Notes: generated by a model from the letters alone, not told the origin. 64,000 nt of DNA from an uncultured bacterium (GCA_963695335.1 OY968764.1:416001-480000); one strand, 5' to 3'. Shown: positions 1 through 9,782, counted from the first letter of the stretch. Numbers and translations: made by a program.

Positions 1-2
1 CT

Positions 3-755
3 GAACAACAAGAGCAATTGGATGATTGGATACATCAGCTTGTATATGATCACATGCCACTGCAATATTTAATTGGTTCTGTACCATTTGCCGATTGTGA
101 TATTTTAGTACAACCTCCAACTCTTATCCCTCGCCCCGAAACAGAAGAATGGTGTTTACATATCATTGAACATCTTAAGTTATTGAATAATAAAAAAATT
201 AAAATTTTAGATATGGCGACTGGTTCTGGTTGTATTGCAATTGCACTTGCACACCATTTGCCGCTTGCAGAAATTATTGCAACTGACATTGCTGATAGCG
301 CACTAGCGCTTATAGAACAAAACATTGAACATAATAAAATTATGAACGTCACATGCATCAAATCAGATCTTTTTGCAGCAATTCCATGCGGCGCAATGTT
401 TGATATGATTGTTTCTAATCCTCCGTATATTACACTTGCAGAATTTGCAGATCTTGAAGAATCAGTTACGCGTTGGGAAGATCATAATGCACTGATGGCG
501 GATGATGATGGATTAGCGATTATTAAACAAATTATTGCGCAAGCACCACAATTTATACAAGTTAATAAAGAGATGGAAAATAAGAAGATTCCTCAAGTGG
601 TTATTGAAATTGGGTATGCACAAGGTGCTGCTGTTGAAAATCTCATGAAAAGCGCTGGTTATAATGATGTTCTTGTGCATAAAGATTTAGAAGGTAAAGA
701 TCGCTTTGTTACTGGGAGAGTGGACAATGTGGCCAATGCCCGCAATTGCACATAA
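3..755 (+). CDS. prmC: Release factor glutamine methyltransferase (5'-truncated by window edge)
   Basis: PLQYLIG, LIPRPETE, LDMATGSGCIA SAM motif, VSNPPYI, EIG, KDLEGKDR. Confidence 0.95.
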   Translation, partial: EQQEQLDDWIHQLVYDHMPLQYLIGSVPFADCDILVQPPTLIPRPETEEWCLHIIEHLKLLNNKKIKILDMATGSGCIAIALAHHLPLAEIIATDIADSALALIEQNIEHNKIMNVTCIKSDLFAAIPCGAMFDMIVSNPPYITLAEFADLEESVTRWEDHNALMADDDGLAIIKQIIAQAPQFIQVNKEMENKKIPQVVIEIGYAQGAAVENLMKSAGYNDVLVHKDLEGKDRFVTGRVDNVANARNCT

Positions 756-1422
756 ATTTGTTGCTATTATTTTTACTGAAGATAGTTTGAGTTGCTGTTG
801 GTTGGAAAAAGCAGAACGCGGTACAGCCCCCTTGGTTGTATGTGCATACAAATCTTATCCACTTGATAATCTTGAACTTACACATCTCACGCTGTTCAAT
901 CCCACAATTATCAAAAAACATATCAGATCTTTTTTGTGCGAACATAACTTGCAAGATGCTTTTATTGCGTTTGCTTTGCATGGTGCAGCAGTGCATGAAA
1001 CATTTGTAACAATGCCAACATCAACACCACACCGTACTGATTTTAAGATGCAAGACAGTGCACATGCGTTGTGGGAATACCGATATCTGTATCCCAATGA
1101 TGATGGGCAGTTTGTGTTTTATGTTTATAGCGTGCCACGTTATATTGTGTTGCAATATAAACTGCTTGCAGTTGCTGCGCAATGTAATGTAATCACCATG
1201 ACAACGCAAACAATGGCGTTGTTATCTGCGTATGAGCATATGTTTGGTAGCGCTTTTAGACGCACTCAACTTGGAGTGGATATGATGCGGTGCAACAATA
1301 ACATTGGTGATCTTATTACCGTTGATGCATTACGACGCATGGTGGATATTGGGACATTAGATATCTCAGATCGCTTGCATTATGTTGCTGCGGCAGGATT
1401 ATTTTGTTCTGAGAGAGTATAA
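727..1422 (+). CDS. Hypothetical protein, possibly divergent PilM/GspL-like cytoplasmic component
   Basis: Long ORF overlapping the prmC end and upstream of a PilN-like gene; family call is contextual only. Confidence 0.45.
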   Translation: MWPMPAIAHKFVAIIFTEDSLSCCWLEKAERGTAPLVVCAYKSYPLDNLELTHLTLFNPTIIKKHIRSFLCEHNLQDAFIAFALHGAAVHETFVTMPTSTPHRTDFKMQDSAHALWEYRYLYPNDDGQFVFYVYSVPRYIVLQYKLLAVAAQCNVITMTTQTMALLSAYEHMFGSAFRRTQLGVDMMRCNNNIGDLITVDALRRMVDIGTLDISDRLHYVAAAGLFCSERV

Positions 1423-1435
1423 GCGTTATTTTTTT

Positions 1436-1666
1436 CCGCTCGTCTAACCCCATCTTCAGTTTCTTTCGATGGGGACCCCAATTCAGCCCCATTTCCATTA
1501 TATTCCAATGGGGACCCCAATTGGAGTAAGACGTAAATTGGGAATAAAAAATTGGGGCAAAAGGATGCGGATTAATAAAAATATTAAATTAAAAAAATCT
1601 TTTTTATGTTGCACCCTTCGATACATTTTACTACGTTTCACTACGTAAAACACTCAGGGCGAGCGG
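1436..1666. repeat. Composite palindromic repeat (REPIN-like; type A arm plus type C units)
   Basis: CCGCTCGTC..., TAACCCCATCTTCAG...TGGGGACCCC, and GCACCCTTCGATAC...CACTCAGGGCGAGCGG, matching copies at 22333, 24422, 50132 and 59407. Confidence 0.85.
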
Positions 1667-1702
1667 TAAGGAATGTGAAATTAAAAATAAAAGGCTCAAG
1701 CT

Positions 1703-2233
1703 ATGAAAAAAGTTAATTTTATTACACCATTGTCACCAGAAAAACAGTATGCAATACAGCGCTGGTTTTTAATGACATTTTTTTTGGGAATGTGTGTTTT
1801 GTTGGTGAGTGCATATTTTGTTGTTCCGCAACTGTTGACATATATTGCATTGCATAAAGAAGTAGCTGAATTACGAATATTAACAAAAGATTATGATACA
1901 CAGGTTAAAGAAAAAGATGTGCTCAAAACAGAACATGATCAGATGCGTATTCGTACAAAAAAAATAGAACATTATAATGATGCACCAAAAAATCCCCATG
2001 CTTATATTGCAGCAATTACACAAGCGTGTGGTGATGGCGCAATTTTAGAAGCGATTAAAATTATTAAAAAAGATTATGATATTACATTGTTGTGCCCAAC
2101 ATCAGAACATGCAACAGTGTTTATTAAAAGATTGTCAGCATCAGAGTTGTTTATGAATGTTAAACTTGTTTCATTGCAACAAGATACACAAACAAAACAG
2201 CTGCGATGTGTTGTAAAAGGTAAACTTAGATAA
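1703..2233 (+). CDS. PilN-like protein (single TM, coiled coil, C-terminal alpha/beta domain)
   Basis: KVNFI N-terminus, TM at ~aa22-46, coiled coil, ATVFIKRLSASELFMNVKL segment typical of PilN. Confidence 0.6.
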   Translation: MKKVNFITPLSPEKQYAIQRWFLMTFFLGMCVLLVSAYFVVPQLLTYIALHKEVAELRILTKDYDTQVKEKDVLKTEHDQMRIRTKKIEHYNDAPKNPHAYIAAITQACGDGAILEAIKIIKKDYDITLLCPTSEHATVFIKRLSASELFMNVKLVSLQQDTQTKQLRCVVKGKLR

Positions 2234-3203
2234 TTCCAAAGAGTTTACCGAGCGTATATACGCTTGCACAGACAGTTACTAGAGAAGGGATCACGTATGG
2301 CATATTTTTTTCTTTCTTTAATACAACGTTAAGACGATCGAACCATTCTTGTTGTATTTTCGGTTGATATTCTTTAAGTTCCTCTAAAGTCAGACTTTTT
2401 TCTAGATAATTAGTTGGCAACAGATAATGTAATTTTAAAATAGTGTTAATCACTGTTATATCATTGATGTTTTTTTGATTTACGAGATACACATTCGGAT
2501 TTTGTTTTGTGACAGTTAAAAATGCATAGAGTGCCTGTGCATCCTTACAAGATAATTTGGTATTATGTAAAATAATAATTGGTAAATCATTGGGTAAATC
2601 ATTAATATTGTCGATTGGCTGTTCGCCAGTAGGTGAGTAGTGCCAAAAATGCGTTCGGACAAGCTGAGGAAGAAGATAATAACCTGCAGATGTGAAACGG
2701 CAACAGTTTCCAACGGCATATGAAATGGGATCATCAGATAAAGAATGGCTTGTATCGTCTACAAAAGTATTTTCAATAAAACTATTGCCGGTGAGTATGA
2801 TGCTTTCTAAAATAAGAGCTTTAATGTTTTTGGGGTTTTTGGCGGTATAATTTATGGCTGTTGCACTGCCCTGAAATGATCCATAGATAATAAGTGGATC
2901 AGTATCACGTAATGTTTTATTTTTTTTGCACCAGTTTATCTTTTTTTCAAGATGTTCTTGGCATTTATTTTGACCAAAATCAGATAATTTTTCAGGTGTT
3001 TCTATATAATGCATTGATGTCTGATTTTTTGCAAAGTAAGGCAAAATAGTTTCTATATAAGATAAAGTACCTTTTTTATTGAGATTGTTGCATCCATCGT
3101 ATTCAGGGATAACTAAAATGTGAGGTTTTTGTTCTTTTTCCATAGTGAGTGTGGTATTGCATGCTACGATGGTAAGAGTGAGTATGTGAGTTATTTTCTT
3201 CAT
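2226..3203 (-). CDS. Exported alpha/beta-hydrolase-fold protein, probably catalytically inactive
   Basis: Paralog of 3218..4183; nucleophile elbow reads GSFQG. Confidence 0.75.
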   Translation of the reverse strand: MKKITHILTLTIVACNTTLTMEKEQKPHILVIPEYDGCNNLNKKGTLSYIETILPYFAKNQTSMHYIETPEKLSDFGQNKCQEHLEKKINWCKKNKTLRDTDPLIIYGSFQGSATAINYTAKNPKNIKALILESIILTGNSFIENTFVDDTSHSLSDDPISYAVGNCCRFTSAGYYLLPQLVRTHFWHYSPTGEQPIDNINDLPNDLPIIILHNTKLSCKDAQALYAFLTVTKQNPNVYLVNQKNINDITVINTILKLHYLLPTNYLEKSLTLEELKEYQPKIQQEWFDRLNVVLKKEKNMPYVIPSLVTVCASVYTLGKLFGII

Positions 3204-3217
3204 TACGTGCCTTATTT

Positions 3218-4183
3218 TTACATTCCCAGCCATTTGCCCAGCGCGTATAATCCCAAACTTGAGCCTACTACTTTTGTTGAGGTATCAAGGCATTCAAGAT
3301 TTTGTTCTTTAGTAAATACAGCGTTAAAGTGATCAAGCCATTCTTGTTGCACTTCAGGTTGATATTGTTGTAAGTCAATTACTTCCTGATGATAATCGCA
3401 TGACAATACATTATGTAATTTTAAAATGGTGTTGATAGCACTGATTTCTTCGATGTTGTATGCTTGCAATAAGTTGATGTGTGCACCATTTTCAGTTTTA
3501 TAAGTAAAAAGATACACATTTTTATTCTTTTTTATTTGAGTTAAGTATGCATATAATGCTTGTGCATCTTTAAAATTCAGTTGAAAATCTTGATCATCAT
3601 GCAAAATGATAATTGGTAAATCAGTAGGTAATTTATCAATGTTATTAATGGGTTGTTCACCTGTGGGAGCATAAGATGGATATGCAACTTTTGCTGTATA
3701 AGGCAATGTATAATAACTACTTTCTGGTAGATCACATTCTTTTGGCATCATCACGTTATCAACAGTATGAAATATAGCACTGTTACCGGTGAGTAGAACA
3801 CTTTCTAAAATAAGACATTTAATATTTTCAGGATTTTTAGCAGTAAAATTTATGGTTGTTGCAGTACCTTGCGATGATCCATGAATAATAAGAGCATCGT
3901 TATCATGTAAAATATTCTTTTGTTTCAGCTCGTTGATTTTCTCTTTAAGATAGTTTTGGCATTTACTTTGTCCAAAGTCAGGGGATTTTAATGGTGTTTC
4001 CACATTATGCGCTTGTTGTGGATATTTTTTAAAATACGGTAAAACGGTTTTGACATTTTGACCACCCATGCCATTTTGTCCTGGAACAATCAAAATATGT
4101 GTTTTTTGTTCTGATTCCATGGTGAATATGTTGTGATTGCAAAGTGTGATTGCGAGAAGAAATGAATGTACTGTTTTTTTCAT
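3218..4183 (-). CDS. Exported alpha/beta hydrolase
   Basis: Signal peptide, IVPGQNG oxyanion region, HGSSQG nucleophile elbow, LHDDQD, GAH. Confidence 0.8.
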   Translation of the reverse strand: MKKTVHSFLLAITLCNHNIFTMESEQKTHILIVPGQNGMGGQNVKTVLPYFKKYPQQAHNVETPLKSPDFGQSKCQNYLKEKINELKQKNILHDNDALIIHGSSQGTATTINFTAKNPENIKCLILESVLLTGNSAIFHTVDNVMMPKECDLPESSYYTLPYTAKVAYPSYAPTGEQPINNIDKLPTDLPIIILHDDQDFQLNFKDAQALYAYLTQIKKNKNVYLFTYKTENGAHINLLQAYNIEEISAINTILKLHNVLSCDYHQEVIDLQQYQPEVQQEWLDHFNAVFTKEQNLECLDTSTKVVGSSLGLYALGKWLGM

Positions 4184-4280
4184 ATTATGCCTTTTTGATA
4201 AAGATATAAATTTTATACGCAATGATATAATATAATCACGGTTAATAATAGCGAGTTATATTTTTTAATAAAAGGAGAAG

Positions 4281-4727
4281 ATGATGAAGTTGAATGTTTT
4301 AGCAATATTGGCGGTTGCAGGTGCAACTGGTTCTTTGATGAGTATGGATCAAAAAAATGAATTCAGTGAATCTCGTTTAAATTTTTACCTTGGTCACAAT
4401 TGGCGTATTAGATCATATTCAGCTCAAAATATGGAATTTGGGATGCCACCATCTGAATTTGTGGGTAAAAAAATCACAGAAACTATTCCTTTAAGTGAAC
4501 ATGATAAAAATGCGGTGACAAGAGGAGTTGAAAAAGCTACTGAACAACAAATAACAGTAACTGTTCCATACACTTTTGATAAGAAAGAATATTTTGCAAC
4601 TATTACTCCTTTGATTAAGATGAAAAAAGATAAGCAAAGAAACAGTTTTTTTGTAAAGATTACAGATAGTACTATGGAATGGAACATGCCGGAAGATACA
4701 CTTTTCACAAAAGAAGCAAAAAAATAA
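4281..4727 (+). CDS. Exported protein with PAS-like domain
   Basis: AAGGAG RBS, signal peptide, PPSEFVGKKITETIP...VPYTF...ATITPL resembles a PAS fold. Confidence 0.55.
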   Translation: MMKLNVLAILAVAGATGSLMSMDQKNEFSESRLNFYLGHNWRIRSYSAQNMEFGMPPSEFVGKKITETIPLSEHDKNAVTRGVEKATEQQITVTVPYTFDKKEYFATITPLIKMKKDKQRNSFFVKITDSTMEWNMPEDTLFTKEAKK

Positions 4728-4779
4728 TTATTTTGTAAACAATTTATAGTTTTTTTGCGCTGCACAATTATCTTATTTT

Positions 4780-4820
4780 GGGGTAACCTATAAAATAAAA
4801 AACATTTTATAGGTTACCCC
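4780..4820. promoter_or_regulatory. Perfect 17-bp inverted repeat directly before polA start
   Basis: GGGGTAACCTATAAAAT-7nt-ATTTTATAGGTTACCCC. Confidence 0.6.
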
Positions 4821-4821
4821 C

Positions 4822-7614
4822 ATGAATTTTGATCCTAAAAAAACATTATTTCTTATCGACGGCTCTTCATTTTTATACCGTGCATACTACGGCCTTAAGC
4901 CATTGCATTCACCATCAGGTGTGGCAGTGCAAGCGGTGTTTAGTTTTTGCCGCATGATGAAAAAACTTATTGATACATATAAACCAGAATATGTTGCGCT
5001 CGTATGGGATAGTAAAGGTAAAACAACACGTCATACAATTTTTCCAGAATACAAAGCAACGCGTCAAGCACCACCAAGTGATATATTTGAGCAAAAAGAG
5101 TTAATTATTCAGTTTGCTCAATCTATTGGTATGCCGCAAGTACAGCAAACTGGAATTGAAGCTGATGATTTGATGTTTTCTTTAGCAAAAGACTGGGTCA
5201 GCACATCAGCTGCCCTTCGACAAGCTTCCGACTTCGCCGAGGCTTCTTCGGACGTACAGGGCGAGCGGGAGGCGGATAAGACAGTTGTGTTTGTAACCCT
5301 TGATAAAGATATGGGTCAAGCATTAACACTTGGGCAACAAATATATTTACTCGATGCATTTAAAGATCAGTTCACTGACGCTGCAGCAATGCAAATAAAA
5401 ATGGAAATTCCAGTAGAAAAAATGCCATTTTATTTTGCACTGCTTGGTGATGCTTCAGATAATATTCCGGGTGTAAAAGGGATTGGCAAAAAAACAGCGG
5501 TAGATTTGGTCAATCAGTTTGATTCACTCGAAGATATGTATGATAGACTTAATGAAATAAAAAAGGCTGGTGTAAAAACTGCATTATTAGAACAAAGAGA
5601 TAATGCGTTTTTGAGTTTCCAGCTTTTTCTGTTGCAATACACAGCACTGAACATGAGTTCAGAACAATTACTGTTTAATGCACAGAATTGGAAGCATGCA
5701 CGTCCACTGTTTGAAGAGCTTGGTTTTAAATCATTGCTCGTTACAGCGGGGGAAACAAAAGAAGAACGTGCAAAAGATGTGCAAGCTAAAATTGAATATT
5801 GGAAGAAATACAATTTTATTAATGTGACTACCGCGCAGCAATTGCATGATATGTGTGAGTATCTTAAAAAAGAAGGCGCATTTGCGCTCGACACAGAAAC
5901 TACTGGTTTATCGCCATTAGAAGTTGATTTAGTGGGAATTTCATTTTCATGTGATAAAGGAGTTGCATATTACGTTCCATGTGGTCATAAAACGGGCGAA
6001 CAACAACTTTCTTGTGATGAAATTATTGCAATATTGCGACCAATTTTAGAAAGTTCACAGTATAAAAAATATTTGCACAACGCAAAGTACGATATGTTAG
6101 TGCTCAGCAGTCATGGTATTGAATTAGCTGGTGTTGCACTTGATACACTTGTGGGCGCAAACTTAATTATTAAAGAATGGCAGAGCGCTGGTTTAAAAAA
6201 ACTGTCGCATGCGTTTTTTAATGAAGAGATGTTAACGTTTGAAGATGTAGTAAAGACGGGAAAATACAAAGACTTCTCTTTTGTACCAGTTGAACTAGCT
6301 GGGCTCTATTCATGCGCGGATTCGTATCAAACATATCGCCTTGTTGCGATCATCAAAGAAGCGTTTGAACAAGATAAAAAATTGTATGATTTGTATACAA
6401 ACATTGAACACCCATTGATTGAAGTTTTGTATGAGATGGAAAAAGAGGGTGTCAATTTAGATACGCATTTATTGCGTGAGCTGAATATAAAAGTTACGGC
6501 AGATTTGGCGGTGATTGATGCAGAAATTGCGCATGTTGTGGGTAAAGAAAAAATTAATCTTAATTCGCCAGCGCAAATGGAACATCTTTTGTTTGATGTG
6601 CTGCAGTTGCCACCACAAAAAAAGAGCCCAACGGGTAAATTTTCAACTGATGCAGAAGTGCTTAAAGCGTTAGCAACAATGCACCCGATTCCTGCATTGA
6701 TTATTAAATATCGTGAGTTGGCAAAACTGAAAAATACTTATATCGATGCCTTACCAACATACGTAAATAAAAAAACAGATCGTGTGCATACAACATTCAG
6801 TCAAACATCCGTTGCAACAGGGCGGCTTGCAAGCTCCAATCCTAATTTACAAAATATTCCTGCAGATGCATCTGGATACGGTATAGAAGTACGTGCAGCA
6901 TTCAAAGCGGGTGCAGGGCGTTTATTTATTTCTGCTGACTATTCGCAAATTGAGTTGCGCGTGCTTGCGTATTTGTCACAAGACAAAAATTTAATGAATG
7001 CATTTTTACGTGGGCATGATATTCACACCGAAACTGCTGCGCGTTTATTTGATGTTGAGTTGGCAGCGGTAACGCATGAACAAAGACAACTTGGTAAACG
7101 TATTAATTTTAGTGTTTTGTATGGAATGACACCGTACGGATTATCAAAAGATTTGGGTATTCCGTTCAAGCAAGCAAAGCAATATATTGAGCGTTATTTT
7201 CAGCAATATCCTGATGTTTCCACATGGATGGAATCTATTATAGAATTTGCGAAAAAACATGGATACGTGGAAACGTATTGGGGACGCAGACGGTATATTC
7301 CTGCTATTTATGAAAAAAATCGCACCATGTATGAAGAAGCATGCCGTGTAGCAATTAATACAGTTGCACAAGGAACTGCAGCAGAGATTATGAAATTGGG
7401 TATGTTGGCCGTCCGCAAAGAGTTGCAAACGCGTTTTAAAGATAGTTGCATTGTTTTACAAATTCATGATGAATTGATTGTGTCTGCGCCTGAGCAAGAT
7501 GCATTAGCAGTTGAGATGTTGGTTAAACGAGTGTTGGAATCTGTCGTAAAGTGGGATATCCCTCTTGATGTGAGCACGCGCAGTGGTGCTGATTGGAAAG
7601 AGATTACAAAATAA
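4822..7614 (+). CDS. polA: DNA polymerase I (with in-frame palindromic insert)
   Basis: LIDGSSFLYRAYY, EADD, GDASDNIPGVKGIG, DTETTG, ADYSQIELR, QIHDEL. Confidence 0.99.
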   Translation: MNFDPKKTLFLIDGSSFLYRAYYGLKPLHSPSGVAVQAVFSFCRMMKKLIDTYKPEYVALVWDSKGKTTRHTIFPEYKATRQAPPSDIFEQKELIIQFAQSIGMPQVQQTGIEADDLMFSLAKDWVSTSAALRQASDFAEASSDVQGEREADKTVVFVTLDKDMGQALTLGQQIYLLDAFKDQFTDAAAMQIKMEIPVEKMPFYFALLGDASDNIPGVKGIGKKTAVDLVNQFDSLEDMYDRLNEIKKAGVKTALLEQRDNAFLSFQLFLLQYTALNMSSEQLLFNAQNWKHARPLFEELGFKSLLVTAGETKEERAKDVQAKIEYWKKYNFINVTTAQQLHDMCEYLKKEGAFALDTETTGLSPLEVDLVGISFSCDKGVAYYVPCGHKTGEQQLSCDEIIAILRPILESSQYKKYLHNAKYDMLVLSSHGIELAGVALDTLVGANLIIKEWQSAGLKKLSHAFFNEEMLTFEDVVKTGKYKDFSFVPVELAGLYSCADSYQTYRLVAIIKEAFEQDKKLYDLYTNIEHPLIEVLYEMEKEGVNLDTHLLRELNIKVTADLAVIDAEIAHVVGKEKINLNSPAQMEHLLFDVLQLPPQKKSPTGKFSTDAEVLKALATMHPIPALIIKYRELAKLKNTYIDALPTYVNKKTDRVHTTFSQTSVATGRLASSNPNLQNIPADASGYGIEVRAAFKAGAGRLFISADYSQIELRVLAYLSQDKNLMNAFLRGHDIHTETAARLFDVELAAVTHEQRQLGKRINFSVLYGMTPYGLSKDLGIPFKQAKQYIERYFQQYPDVSTWMESIIEFAKKHGYVETYWGRRRYIPAIYEKNRTMYEEACRVAINTVAQGTAAEIMKLGMLAVRKELQTRFKDSCIVLQIHDELIVSAPEQDALAVEMLVKRVLESVVKWDIPLDVSTRSGADWKEITK
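5211..5268. repeat. Nested type A/B palindromic element inside polA
   Basis: GCCCTTCGACAAGCT[TCCGACTTCGCCGAGGCTTCTTCGGACGTA]CAGGGCGAGCGG. Confidence 0.85.
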
Positions 7615-7640
7615 AAAGAGCCCCAGAAATGGGGCTCATA
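7585..7640 (+). repeat. 56-bp direct repeat copy 1 (polA 3' end plus terminator)
   Basis: Identical to 8406..8461. Confidence 0.95.
7612..7640. terminator. Intrinsic terminator hairpin
   Basis: AAAAA-GAGCCCCA-GAAA-TGGGGCTC between convergent genes. Confidence 0.75.
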
Positions 7641-7642
7641 AT

Positions 7643-7972
7643 TTAGCATTTTTTAGTTGTTTTTTTATGTTGTAGAGAAATTTTAAGTGAATATCCTAAT
7701 GCATGAGCAACTTTAGCAAGTTTAGATATAGATGTATTTGCATATCCACCATTTTCCATGCGAGCAACAGAAGGTTGCTTAACTTTTAGTTTTTTCGCTA
7801 AATCTTCTTGTGATATGTTTGATGATTTACGAGCTTTAATAAACTCCATCATAAGTTCAAATTCAGGGCGCAATGCTTCATATTCCGCTCGTACCTTTGC
7901 ATTTTTTAACACTTCTTCTCTAAATGTTTTATAATCTGGCAGTGTTTTAAGGGTTGGTCGTTTTTTATTCAT
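7643..7972 (-). CDS. HigA-like XRE HTH antitoxin
   Basis: AEYEAL, ARKSSNISQEDLAKKL..KQPSVARMENG; downstream of and overlapping the toxin gene. Confidence 0.9.
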   Translation of the reverse strand: MNKKRPTLKTLPDYKTFREEVLKNAKVRAEYEALRPEFELMMEFIKARKSSNISQEDLAKKLKVKQPSVARMENGGYANTSISKLAKVAHALGYSLKISLQHKKTTKKC

Positions 7973-8297
7973 ATTCTTTTACCTCTTCCATACGCTTTAA
8001 CGCTAAATTCATTTCTTTTGATGGCGTTTTTTCTGTTTTTTTTATGAAGCCATTAAGAATTATAATCATTTTTTCTTTAATTAGGCAAAATAAAGCTCGT
8101 CCTATGCCCTCACTACCTTTAGCTCTCATTTCAAATAAGCCTTGTCCTAGCGCTTTGATATGCGGCATACCAATTTTATCTAGACCTCGTTGCTCTATGA
8201 CATTAATTATCCAAAGTAATTTTGCAAGTATTCCCTCTGGCCATTCTTTGATACTATTTTCAACCTTTTTATTATAGAATTTTATTTTCCAAGCCAT
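7965..8297 (-). CDS. HigB-like RelE/ParE superfamily toxin (Gp49/DUF891 type)
   Basis: GMPHIKALGQGLFEMRAK..GIGRALF..LNGFIKKTEKTP. Confidence 0.9.
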   Translation of the reverse strand: MAWKIKFYNKKVENSIKEWPEGILAKLLWIINVIEQRGLDKIGMPHIKALGQGLFEMRAKGSEGIGRALFCLIKEKMIIILNGFIKKTEKTPSKEMNLALKRMEEVKEYE

Positions 8298-8405
8298 GAA
8301 CTCTCACTCTTTAAAAATATTCTTTATATGTTTTAATATAACATATTTTTTATATTTTGTGCAATGAGGATGTCAAGAGTTTTTTTAATGTTACAATATG
8401 TGGGG

Positions 8406-8461
8406 GGTGCTGATTGGAAAGAGATTACAAAATAAAAAGAGCCCCAGAAATGGGGCTCATA
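8406..8461 (+). repeat. 56-bp direct repeat copy 2
   Basis: Identical to 7585..7640. Confidence 0.95.
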
Positions 8462-8476
8462 TTTTTGCATATTTTT

Positions 8477-9067
8477 TTATGCGTGTTCTAATTCTGCTAT
8501 TTTAGCATCTATTTTTTTTGACAGTTTATATAGCCGTTCTATTCCAGAATATGCAAGAAATGGAACCAGTTTATCTTGTTTGCTTAAGTTCGTTAGACAA
8601 TTTATTGTCAAATCATCATTAGGATTATTGCGACGATATTGCTCATAATGTTTTATAGTAATTGATTGGATAAGCATCGCTTCTTTTTCATCATTTTCCG
8701 TGGTATATGAAAAATTTGTTGCTACAAGTTTATCATATTTTGTTGCTAAATCATCCTCTACATCCATTATTGTTTTCATTTCATTACAGAGCAGGTTTAC
8801 TGTAACATTCAAGTCGCCAAAGATTTTCTTTTTTAGCGAATGACCAAGTTGTTGGTCAATATCCTGAATCATGTTTAAAAGAAAAAAATATTGTTTTTTA
8901 CCGAACAAGTTATACTCGTCTATAGACCGCTCCATTGCGTCGAGTCTTAATAGTTCTATATCTTTTTTTACTGTTTTCAAATGCGCCAATAATTCTGCAT
9001 TGCTGGGTTTTGCAGCAGTAAAAAATGAAGTGAATGCTAAAAGAGTGGTAAGTAATTGTTTTTTCAT
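8477..9067 (-). CDS. Exported helical hypothetical protein (LxH family)
   Basis: Signal peptide; paralog of 9081..9683. Confidence 0.8.
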   Translation of the reverse strand: MKKQLLTTLLAFTSFFTAAKPSNAELLAHLKTVKKDIELLRLDAMERSIDEYNLFGKKQYFFLLNMIQDIDQQLGHSLKKKIFGDLNVTVNLLCNEMKTIMDVEDDLATKYDKLVATNFSYTTENDEKEAMLIQSITIKHYEQYRRNNPNDDLTINCLTNLSKQDKLVPFLAYSGIERLYKLSKKIDAKIAELEHA

Positions 9068-9080
9068 AATTTATCCTAAT

Positions 9081-9683
9081 TTATGCTTTTTGTAGTTCTT
9101 TGATTTTGGTATCTATTTTTTTTGAAAGTTCATTAAAAAATTCTATTCCCATGTTGACAAAGAATGGTGCTAAAGCATCTGAATCACACAAATCCATAAA
9201 ATGCATTTCCATAAGGTCATTATGAGGATTTTCTATGCAATATTTTTTATGATGCTGGGCAAAGATTGATGCAATGATCGTGAATTCTTTTTCATTATCA
9301 TTTGTAAAACCTAAAAAGCCTGAATCAAGTAAGAGTTCAGCGTTATCGTTGACTATGTCATTTATGTCATCTATTGTTTTCATCTCATTGCATATCAATT
9401 CAATAGCGTTGTTTGATAATTCACCAAGGAGTTTATTTTGTAGTGAATGATTAAGTTGTTGGTCAATTTCATTCATCATGTCTAAGAAAAAGAGATAGTC
9501 TTTGCCGAATGCACATTTTTTTTGCATTTCCTTTGCAGCAATTTTTAATCCTTGAGACATATGTTCAGCATCTTTTTTTGTTGTTTTTAAATGTGCTAAC
9601 AATTCAGTTTTGCTTACTTCTTCATTTGAGAACGCAAAAAATGGAGTGAGTGCTACAAGAGCAGTAAGTAATTGTTTTTTCAT
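9081..9683 (-). CDS. Exported helical hypothetical protein (LxH family)
   Basis: AGGGGG RBS; MKKQLLT, ELLAHLK, LCNEMKTI/ICNEMKTI and LSKKID shared with neighbour. Confidence 0.8.
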   Translation of the reverse strand: MKKQLLTALVALTPFFAFSNEEVSKTELLAHLKTTKKDAEHMSQGLKIAAKEMQKKCAFGKDYLFFLDMMNEIDQQLNHSLQNKLLGELSNNAIELICNEMKTIDDINDIVNDNAELLLDSGFLGFTNDNEKEFTIIASIFAQHHKKYCIENPHNDLMEMHFMDLCDSDALAPFFVNMGIEFFNELSKKIDTKIKELQKA

Positions 9684-9782
9684 AAAATCCCCCTAAGAAT
9701 TAATGATCTATGCTTTTAGTATCGCATAATTATTACAAACCGTCAATTGGGTGGGGGTAAGAGGGGGTAAAAAAAGGGGTTG

